Under the pieces are notes generated by a model, which saw only the letters and a list, made by a program, of their open reading frames with translations, was not told the origin of the DNA and did not search any database. This document shows positions 29,781 through 38,500 of a stretch of 64,000 nucleotides of DNA, piece after piece (position 1 is the stretch's first letter; each line of letters starts with the position of its first letter). The translations under genes and the position numbers were made by a program. Origin of the DNA: an uncultured Haloferula sp. GTDB taxonomy: Bacteria > Verrucomicrobiota > Verrucomicrobiia > Verrucomicrobiales > Akkermansiaceae. The stretch lies in NCBI GenBank assembly GCA_965652295.1, contig CBFGTS010000002.1, forward strand, positions 256,001 through 320,000. The letters run 5' to 3'.

Positions 29781-31367
29781 ATGATCCAACGAATCAAACG
29801 CATCTTCGGAATCGGAAAACCCAGCCCGAAAGAAGGAAACACACTCATCATCAACGTCGAAAGCCTCGAGCGCCGCGTCGCCCTGCTGGAAAACGGGCTG
29901 CTTGAGGAATACACCGTCGAACGGGAAGGAGACCAGAACATCGTCGGTGGCATCTTCAAGGGCCGCGTCCGCAACATCGAACCCGGCCTCAAAGCCATGT
30001 TCGTGGACATCGGCCTGGAAAAGAACGCGTTCCTCCACTTCTGGGACGCCATCCCCGCGGCGCTCGATTCCGGACTTGAGGAAATCGAACGCGGCGACCG
30101 GCCGAAGAAGAAAAAACAGAAGATCACCTCCAAGGACATCCCGTCGATTTATCCCGTCGGCTCGGAGATCATGATCCAGGTCTCCAAAGGACCCATCGGC
30201 ACCAAGGGCCCGCGCGTCACCACCAACGTCTCGCTCGCCGGACGCTATCTGGTGCTCATGCCCTACACCGAGCAGTTCGGCATCTCCCGCAAGATCGATG
30301 ACCCGAAGGAGCGCGCCCGCCTGCGCAAGATCATGCAGCGCCTCTCCGTGCCCGACGGCATGGGCATCATCATGCGCACCGTCGCCCAAGGCACCCGCGC
30401 CCGCCATTTCGTCCGCGACCTCGCCATGCTGCTGGAGCAGTGGGACGAAGTGGAGGACAGGCGCGACGCCACCCCCGCTCCGGTCTGTGTCTTCCAGGAA
30501 CCGGGCCTGATCGAAAAAACCGCCCGCGATTTCCTCACCGACGAGATCGATCAGGTCATCTGCGACTCCGTGGAAACCACCGAGCTGGTCCGCGAGATCG
30601 CCGGCAAGATTTCACGCCGCGCCAAACGCCGCATCCACCACCTGCCGACACAGCAGCCGATCTTCGAAAGCCTCAACCTTCAGAAGCAGATCGACGAGGC
30701 ATTCTCCCGTCAGGTCTGGCTGAAGTGCGGCGGCTACATCGTCATCGATGAAACCGAGGCCCTCATCTCCATCGACGTCAACACCGGCCGTAACCGCGGC
30801 GCGAAGGACGTGGAGAAGATGATCCTCCAGACCAACATCGAAGCGGCCGAGGAAGTCGCCCGCCAGCTCCGCCTGCGGAACATCGGCGGTCTCGTCGTCG
30901 TCGACTTCATCGACATGCGTCACCGCAAGGACCAGCAGGCGGTTTACAAGGCGATGAAAGACCGCCTCAAGAAGGACAAGGCGAAGACCCAGATCCTCCA
31001 GATTTCCGCCATCGGCCTCATGGAGATGACCCGGCAGCGGCTCAACGAATCGCTCCGCGACACCATGTTCGAGCCCTGCCCCTACTGCCAGGGCCGCGGC
31101 CGCGTCAAGACCCCCATGACCATGAGCGTCGAGATCCAACGCCGCCTGGTATCGATCATCAACAAACGCCGCGACCAAGGCGGCGACCTCGTCGTAGTCG
31201 TCAACTCCGACGTCCTGAACCGCTTCAAGACGGAGGACAGCAAGCTGCTCACCGAGCTCGAACGCCAGCATTCCGGGCGGCTCATCTTCCGCTCCGATCC
31301 GGCGCTCCATCGCGAACGCTTCGCCGTGATCGATGCCAAAACCGAGAAGACCATCGAACAGGTCTGA
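29781..31367 (+). CDS. Ribonuclease E/G family
   Basis: S1 domain, KGPRVTT, IDVNTG, TNIEAAEEVARQLRLRNIGGLVVVDFIDM, CPYCQG. Confidence 0.93.
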   Translation: MIQRIKRIFGIGKPSPKEGNTLIINVESLERRVALLENGLLEEYTVEREGDQNIVGGIFKGRVRNIEPGLKAMFVDIGLEKNAFLHFWDAIPAALDSGLEEIERGDRPKKKKQKITSKDIPSIYPVGSEIMIQVSKGPIGTKGPRVTTNVSLAGRYLVLMPYTEQFGISRKIDDPKERARLRKIMQRLSVPDGMGIIMRTVAQGTRARHFVRDLAMLLEQWDEVEDRRDATPAPVCVFQEPGLIEKTARDFLTDEIDQVICDSVETTELVREIAGKISRRAKRRIHHLPTQQPIFESLNLQKQIDEAFSRQVWLKCGGYIVIDETEALISIDVNTGRNRGAKDVEKMILQTNIEAAEEVARQLRLRNIGGLVVVDFIDMRHRKDQQAVYKAMKDRLKKDKAKTQILQISAIGLMEMTRQRLNESLRDTMFEPCPYCQGRGRVKTPMTMSVEIQRRLVSIINKRRDQGGDLVVVVNSDVLNRFKTEDSKLLTELERQHSGRLIFRSDPALHRERFAVIDAKTEKTIEQV

Positions 31368-31373
31368 CCCAAA

Positions 31374-31394
31374 GGGGCGAAACGCGTTCGCCTC
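31374..31394. terminator. Hairpin between convergent rne/rng and nucleotidase genes
   Basis: ggggcgaa-acgcg-ttcgcctc. Confidence 0.4.
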
Positions 31395-32900
31395 TCAAAT
31401 CGATTCCCGCTCCAGTAGAAAATCGATCAACGCCTCGCGCGCGCCCACATCGGTCATCACCCTCTTCGACTCGGGGCGCGAAAGAATCTCCAGCGTCCGC
31501 ATCATCGCGCGTCCCGCCGACTGCGCGTCGTACGAATTCAACGCCACCCGGTAGCGCCGCCCCGGGTCGAGCGGTTTGCCGTCCAGCAGAAACCCCGCTC
31601 CGCCCTCGCCGCGGACTTTCTCCATCGGCCACAGCGCGCGGTCGCCACGTGCAGCCCCCTCCTCTTCCATGATCGCGATCTCCGCCGGCGTGAGTTCAGC
31701 GGTCACCAACAGGTTCTCATAGGGCAGCCACTCCCAGCAATCGCCCACGGTCTTCACCCCCGGTTCCACCGGGCCGGTGCCGAAGGTGCCGTGAAACACC
31801 GCGTCCACCGGTTTACCCGCCCTCCCCAGCGCCACGGCGAACGCTTCGCAAAGCAGGCTGCGGAGCGAGCGCTCACCCTTGACAGGAAGCGTCGCCGTCA
31901 CCCTGCACACCGGTCGCGCGAGCTGCTCCTCCGCCTGTGCCAGCTCCGGTTGCGCGGTCTCCATCACCGCCGGATCGAGCTCGAAACGGGAATCCATCAG
32001 CACCGTGAAAGCCCGCTTGTCGACCAACACGCGACTCTCCGTGTCGAAAGCCAGATCCACCCGGCCACAGTGAATCCCATAGTAGCTGGCCTGGCTGCCG
32101 AGCGTCTTCCCCACGTAGAATGCCCCCCTGTCCTGATGGCTATGTCCTGCCAGATAAACATCGACGCCCGGGACCGCCTCCAGCATCGCCCGCACCGGAT
32201 TCGCGAAATCATCTTCAAACCGCCAGCCCATGTGGCCGATCGCCACCACCGCATCCACCCCCTGCGCTTTGAGTTCCGCCACACTTCGCCGCAGCGACTC
32301 AATCGGATCCGTCACCGCGATCCCGTCCAGCGTCTCCGGTGCCAGCCAGAACGGCATCCCCGGCGTGGTCAGGCCCACCAGACCGATGCGAAACCCGCCG
32401 ACTTCCTTGATCTGCCACGGTTTCACCTTGCGCCACGGCCCGCCAGCGTCGTCCGACGACTTCCCATCGACCGTCAGATTTCCCGTTAAAATCGAAGCGT
32501 TCGAGCGATCCAGCGCTCCCTCGATCACCCCGCGACCCCAGTCCAGATCGTGGTTGCCGATCGTCCAAGCGTCGTAGCCGAGCCGGTTGAAAAGGTCGAT
32601 CATCACCGCTCCATCCGTTTCAAAACCGACCGCCGTGCCCTGATAGACATCGCCGATGTCCACCAGCAGCATGTCCGGATTCGCCTGCCTCCAGCGGCGG
32701 ATCTGCGTCGCACAGCGGGCGAGCCCGCCGAGATCGCCGATGCCATCGTAGTTCAGGGTCGGGAGGATGTGCCCGTGAAGGTCGGTCGTGAAGGCGATCG
32801 AGACCGTCTTCACCCGCCGTTCGTCCTTACCGAATCCCACGGCAGCCGCGCCGAGCCACGCTCCGCCCGTCAACAACCACTCGCGTCTCGTCCAATCCAT
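31395..32900 (-). CDS. Bifunctional metallophosphatase/5'-nucleotidase, Tat-exported
   Basis: TRREWL Tat motif; TTDLHG, DIGD..QG, GNHDLD, GHMG, GHSH; C-terminal nucleotidase domain. Confidence 0.88.
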   Translation of the reverse strand: MDWTRREWLLTGGAWLGAAAVGFGKDERRVKTVSIAFTTDLHGHILPTLNYDGIGDLGGLARCATQIRRWRQANPDMLLVDIGDVYQGTAVGFETDGAVMIDLFNRLGYDAWTIGNHDLDWGRGVIEGALDRSNASILTGNLTVDGKSSDDAGGPWRKVKPWQIKEVGGFRIGLVGLTTPGMPFWLAPETLDGIAVTDPIESLRRSVAELKAQGVDAVVAIGHMGWRFEDDFANPVRAMLEAVPGVDVYLAGHSHQDRGAFYVGKTLGSQASYYGIHCGRVDLAFDTESRVLVDKRAFTVLMDSRFELDPAVMETAQPELAQAEEQLARPVCRVTATLPVKGERSLRSLLCEAFAVALGRAGKPVDAVFHGTFGTGPVEPGVKTVGDCWEWLPYENLLVTAELTPAEIAIMEEEGAARGDRALWPMEKVRGEGGAGFLLDGKPLDPGRRYRVALNSYDAQSAGRAMMRTLEILSRPESKRVMTDVGAREALIDFLLERESI

Positions 32901-33097
32901 GATGCCCACCAGCATCTCCCGTTCCGTCCGCGTGACAAGCTCGCGAATCGTGTCGGAAATGCCCCAACCGCACAGATCCCGCACGGATCACCCGGCACTA
33001 CCGCAACCCTCACCCGACCTTCGACAGTCCTTCAGGACCGGCTCAGGGCTCCTACGTTAGGGAGAAAGCGGAGACCACTGGCTGTTGGTGGACCAGT

Positions 33098-33167
33098 GAT
33101 GGATGGGATATTTTGAGGCTGCCGGGTGCGGTTTCTATGCATTTCCATCCTATTCATCCCATCCATC
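33098..33167. repeat. Inverted repeat at left edge of island
   Basis: gatggatggga (33098-33108) / tcccatccatc (33157-33167). Confidence 0.5.
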
Positions 33168-33294
33168 CTGAGAACCATTTTTGTTCCAAGCAGGGCCCGG
33201 CTCGCTCCCTACTGGAGGAGCCCTGACTACCAGCCAAGTGATCTTACTGCTTGACTTGAAACCCGCCTGTTATCCATCAATTGAATAACAACGG

Positions 33295-33939
33295 ATGCAA
33301 CTTCATTACGTCACCAACAAAAGCCACACACGCCTCGAAAAAGACTACTTTCTCCCCAGCCTTCCGGAAGGACTTGTCCCGGTCGAACATGTTTGCTCGA
33401 TTTCCAACGACAGCGGAACCTTCATGAGTTCTGATTTCCTGGAAGTCATCCGCTGGAAAATCAGACAGGTCCTTCAATCACTCGACACCAACGAGGTTCA
33501 GGTGTGGTCGGATGTCGATATCGTCTTCAACTCCTCCCATACGAGAATCGTGCATGAGCTGCAGGGCATGGTGGCGGGAGGCAAGCCACCTCTGGCTTTC
33601 CAACAGGAACACGCCGGCAACCATCGTTTGATCAATGCAGGATTTGTCATCATCCGACCGTGCCCCGAAGTCCGGAATTTCTACCGGATCGTCGATAAAC
33701 TCCTCTCCCTTTCACCCAACAAACACGATCAAGACATCATCAACGATATTTTTCTCGGCGGGGAGTATCTCCACAGCCTCTACGCAACCCTCCCTCCGAA
33801 CTTGTACGCCGCTGAATCCAATCGCGGCCTCGCGCCGGGAAGCCGAATCTACCACGCCAACTGCACCGGGCGTGTCGAAGACAAATATCAGCTACTCGAA
33901 AAAGCCCGCGCCTGTTTCCATAGCATCACGCCACCTTAA
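33295..33939 (+). CDS. Putative nucleotide-diphospho-sugar transferase (GT77/PF03407-like)
   Basis: VWSDVDIVF (DxD), INAGFVII, HDQDIIN, IYHAN; no TM or signal peptide. Confidence 0.75.
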   Translation: MQLHYVTNKSHTRLEKDYFLPSLPEGLVPVEHVCSISNDSGTFMSSDFLEVIRWKIRQVLQSLDTNEVQVWSDVDIVFNSSHTRIVHELQGMVAGGKPPLAFQQEHAGNHRLINAGFVIIRPCPEVRNFYRIVDKLLSLSPNKHDQDIINDIFLGGEYLHSLYATLPPNLYAAESNRGLAPGSRIYHANCTGRVEDKYQLLEKARACFHSITPP

Positions 33940-33967
33940 AACCAAGCGGATCTCGGAGCACAGGCTG

Positions 33968-34564
33968 TCAGCCGTCGTCAGCAACTCCCTCCCTCCAGAT
34001 CGCAAGCACCCGCGGGTCTCCCTTAATCTCTGAACGCAAGTACTCGTCGGGTTCTCCGAGAAATCTGTCGCAGCAGCTCCGCTCCCAATCGCGCTCGTAA
34101 TCATGCACGAGCACCGCCGCCCCTGAGCGGGCCCGAAACTCGGCCGCAGCGTAGATGCTCTCCTCACGTCCGGGATGACCCGCAGCGTACCCCCGGGGCC
34201 CGTCGACAAGGATTGCATTCCAATCTCGATTCAGATGCTCGATTTGCTTCAGGATCGTGTCGGGATGATCAAGAGGAAACCCTATGCAGCCCCGGTAGGA
34301 CACTTGGATCGTCTCTACCTCACCGTGATGGACCCATTCCGGATCGTCCTCCAAGATGGTAAGGTGTCTGGTGACCTTTTCCCAAAAAGGAGCATCGAAT
34401 CCAGCTCCAAAGACCAACATGTTCCGGTCCCTGACGATACCGGCAACGCGCGCGTATTAATGCGGCGTCATGCTGACTTCGCTCCGGTCTTGGCAAAGTT
34501 TCAGGAACGTCATGAGCTGGACCTCGAATGATTCCATTGGGCTTGGGCTGGATGATTCCTTCAT
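33968..34564 (-). pseudogene. DUF579 (IRX15/GXM-like) glycan O-methyltransferase interrupted by an in-frame TAA at 34457-34459
   Basis: NMLVFGAGFDAPFW, LEDDPEW, WNAILVDGPRGY..HPGREESIYAA, VLVHDYER..E...RFL; frame continues across the stop (MTPH*YARVAG); the 33968-34420 part could restart at MLVFG. Confidence 0.7.
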
Positions 34565-34603
34565 GCATTCTTCAGGAGATTCACCTTCTAAAACGAGGCG
34601 ACA

Positions 34604-34854
34604 CGCTGGCTCGCGAGGTTGTAGCCTTGCTTGATCTGTTCGATCTCCCCCGACCCCTTCAGCCAACGCATGTTCCAGTGCGCCCGAAACGGTCCCAGCC
34701 GATGTAGGGGACCCCCGCATCGCCGCCGTTCTGGCCGTTGGCGCTGATATAACTCAGCTTCACCCCCGGGTGGGCGTAATTGATTTCCACGGAACGATTC
34801 AAGCCCACGTATTCGTAGGCCGCAAGAACGGAAAGATCATCGGTCCGAAGACGC
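34604..34854 (-). repeat. Degenerate ~250-nt copy of an internal Rhs core segment (37272-37523); orphan Rhs fragment
   Basis: Manual alignment gives about 20 substitutions and one 1-nt deletion; encodes RLRTDDLSVLAAYEYVGLNR...GWDRFGRT. Confidence 0.9.
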
Positions 34855-35037
34855 CCAGCGGAATCCCGGGCCTTTCCAGGCGAGGGCCGGGTGTTGAAAC
34901 GTTCGGATGAATGATCACGATCTACTTTCGGGGGCTCTCGCGACAAGAAGCTCCGAGCCGAAACTTGGCATCATTCCCGGATGGCTCGATCATTGCGGTT
35001 GGCTGAAACTATTGGTCGCGTACAGTCCACTTGTAAA

Positions 35038-35559
35038 TTACTTGTCGAAATCTTGATGGGAGCCTCTGTTCTTAATTTTTCCCCGCAACTCGTTTGCCCA
35101 TCGATTTAAATCAGTCCACCATCGGTCCAAATCGGAAGCTCCGTCGATGAAACCAAAACATTCAAAATAGGCATCAATTGCATTTTTTTGATTTTCGCTC
35201 AATCGAACATATCGGTTTGAAGGACCATTTTTTTTAATCAGACAATCCTCCCACCATGCTCGAAAATTCTCCATCCATGTTGCGGTAACGCAATCATAAT
35301 TTTCAAGAGCATACTCTGCAAGAGCAGGCATAAAATACCTTCGCCCATTCGAACTAAGCAAATCCATAAATAGCAATGCCCTTTCATCTTTGCATCTTCC
35401 TTCCACCACATCCTCCCGACTTAATGTTTGCAGGAATTTCTCACCTTCCAAGGACAAAACGCCGCTAACGCTCGTCATTCCTTCTCCAATTGGACGTTCG
35501 CAATCCGAAAAACTTTCTTTCATTTTGCGAATTACTTCTAAATTCGAAATTGCGCTCAT
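35038..35559 (-). CDS. Probable cognate immunity protein of the Rhs toxin (DUF6714-like)
   Basis: AT-rich 173-aa ORF 40 nt downstream of the Rhs stop, same strand; LS..G.RYFMPAL motif. Confidence 0.7.
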   Translation of the reverse strand: MSAISNLEVIRKMKESFSDCERPIGEGMTSVSGVLSLEGEKFLQTLSREDVVEGRCKDERALLFMDLLSSNGRRYFMPALAEYALENYDCVTATWMENFRAWWEDCLIKKNGPSNRYVRLSENQKNAIDAYFECFGFIDGASDLDRWWTDLNRWANELRGKIKNRGSHQDFDK

Positions 35560-35599
35560 TCTATATTAAAAAATCTCTGACCAGGATTTAGGTACACTT

Positions 35600-38500
35600 T
35601 CACCAAATATCTTTATACAAATCTTGCACAGATTCCTCCTCTCCACAGCACTTTTTGAGTACCACCTCACCACATTTTTTGATTTGATTGGCAGTTCGCC
35701 CCAAGGGCTCTTGGTGGTTCTTGTTGCCACTACCCCAGGGAATCTGATCACAATTCATTGCCATGTATATTGAACGGTTTGCGTTCTCCAAAAGAGCCTT
35801 ACCCATTTTCGCTAAGGCCTCCTTGCATGAGTCCGTTGGACTGCAACCAGAGCTTTTATTACTATCATATTTCTTATAAGCTTCTCTGCAGCTTGCAACG
35901 CGTTTGGCTCGAGCGAGCACTTCAGTAGCATCCCGTCCCTTTTTAATCCAGTCCATTACCTTATCTTTATCAATGCCGGGAACACCATCGATGGCATCAC
36001 TGGCCTCATCAACCGCTGATCGAGCAGCATGTATGGCTCTTGCCCTATTAAAGGCTTCAGATGCTTCGCTGGAAGGTGGATAGTGGGTCGGAACTCTAGC
36101 TTCAAGGGCGTCTGCCCACTTTTCACCGGCCTTGTATCCAAGGTATCCTGCAGCTGGGACTGCAGCCACCCCAGCGGCAACTGTTGCACCGGCTCCTGCT
36201 GCAGCCGCACCTGCGCTGACTGCAGGGAGAGCAATTGTACTCAGCCCGTACTGATCATTCTGGTTAGCCGGCGAATTTTCCACGAATCTGTAAATATTAA
36301 CTCCGCCCTCTTCCCCAATAGGATCCCTGCTCAACCACCTCCCAAGGAACACGTTCAAATACCGGAATCCAAAGTTGTAGTAGCCCGTCTCCCCATCCCG
36401 GAACTGCGCCTTGTAAAGCACTTCCCAATCGTAAGCACTCTCCACCCGCGCATCAAAGCTCCCGCTCAGGAACCTCACATCGCCAAACGCGCTATAACCG
36501 TACCGCTCGACCACTACTCCCGCAGCGTTGGTGATGCCCGTCACGTTGTAGTAGTCATGCAGCGCGTAGTGCGCCTCGGTCACGGGCGTGGTGGAGCCGC
36601 CGCCACCGCTGCTTCCGCTTGACGAGCCGGAGGACGACGAAGGAGGCTCGGGCGTGTGCGTCCACAGCCGCCGCACCAGATCGTCCCGGTAGCGGATGCC
36701 CCAGTCGTAGGTCTTCGACGGTTCGATGGAGCTGCCTTCGCGCTCTTCGACCGGACGCCACTGCTGGTTGTAGTAGCTGTGCGTCACCTGGCCATTAACT
36801 GTTTTGGTGGTGCGGCGGAACAGGCCGTCGTAGTCGTAGCGGATGGTGTCGCCACCACCGGTCACCGTGCTCAGGCGGTTCCATGCGTCCCACTTCAGGA
36901 TCTGCCTGATCGACCAGTTGCCACCGGCCGAGGGCGGGCATTTGGTGACATTCCCTGAGGCGTCGTGGCTCATCCAGGTGCTCGACGGGCTGCCGGGTGG
37001 GTAACCGATCTGGGTGATCTGGTTGGAGGTGTTGTGCACCCGGTCCTGATTGAAGGTCGGGCTGCCGTTCTGGAAGACCTTGTAGTTCTCCCAGTTGCCG
37101 ATCGGATCGTAGTCGAAGGCCTCACCACGGAGCGGCACACCTCCGATGGCGTCGCGGTTCTCGTTGAGCGTCCCGCGCTGACGGCCCACCAACTGCCTCA
37201 GGCCGTCGTACTGGTAGCACTCGTCCTCCTTGGCCAGCGCTGCGGTGGCCACCGGGTTCTCGCGCCACGTCCGCTGGCTCGCCAGATTGTAGCCGTACTT
37301 GATCTGCTCGATCTCCCCCGCGCCCTTCAGCCAACGCATGTTCTGGGTGCGCCCGAAACGGTCCCAGCCGATGTAGGGGTCCCCCGCATCGCCGCCGTTC
37401 TGACCGTTGGCGCTGATGTAACTCAGCTTCACCCCCGGTTGGGCATAATCGATTTCCACGAAACGATTCAAGCCGACGTATTCGTAGGCCGCAAGAACGG
37501 AAAGGTCATCGGTCCGGAGGCGCTCGATCCGCCCGAGCTTCCAGTTCGCTGCCGTAGCGGAACCGTAAACGTAGTCCAGTCTCCGCGCCGAGGGATAAGT
37601 GATCCGGGTCGGCAGGATCCGGTTGTTGAAGCCACTATGGTAGCTGTAGGCAACCTTGGGCGTGCTGCCGGTGACCGCTCCACCGTGGGCCTGCCGGTCA
37701 GCCTCCACCTGGCTCCACGGCGTGTATTCGAAGGCGACCTGGTTGGCGACCGACCCTGCTCCCACCGTGGCGCTGGTGTGGCTGGTGACCTGATGAGGTT
37801 GCCCCTTGGGGGTGTAGGTGGTGCTGATGCGCCGGATCGCGCCATCGATACCCGATGCCAGCGTCGTCACCCGGTCCTGGGTCAGGCGGCCCAGAAGGTC
37901 GTAGTCATACTCGTGCACCGTCGAATTCGGGTCCTCATATCGGACGACCTGCGACTGCCAATTGTAGCGGTACTGGTACTTCCCGTTGTCGGGCATCTGC
38001 TTCTCCTTGAGCAGGCGGTTGCTCGCGAGATCCACACCCGGGGTGCCGCTCACGCCGTAGATCCAATCGGTCACCTCATCGGTCAGCGTGCCGCCGACCC
38101 TCACGGCATTGACCAGCGTCAGCTTCTTGAGCTGGGAATCCGCGTGGTACTGGTAACGGGTGGTCCGGCTTTCGTCGTCGCTGCTGGGACTGGCCTTGTA
38201 GTTCTCGATCAGTTCGGTGCGGCGCCCCATCGCGTCTTCCTTCCAGATCGATTCGATGCCCTGCGGATCCACCATGCCCGAGGGGTCGCCATCGGCCGCG
38301 AAGTTGTAGGTCGTCACCAGCACGGTGCCGCCGCTCGCCGGCGGCTGGGCCGGGCGCACCAGATCGGCTCCGCCGTGGGTGCCGTAATCGGCTTCTTTCC
38401 TCCTCCGCCCGATCCCATCGGACCAGTAGGCGGTGTAGGAGCGTCGTCCTTTTGCCGTACCTACCGGCGCGTTGGGCCCGCCCAAGGGCCCCTTGCCTAC

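Noticed and set aside
34457..34459. Stop-codon recoding (Sec/Pyl or alternative code) in the methyltransferase
   Set aside because: The codon is TAA, which terminates other genes in this window; nonsense mutation or sequencing error is more likely.
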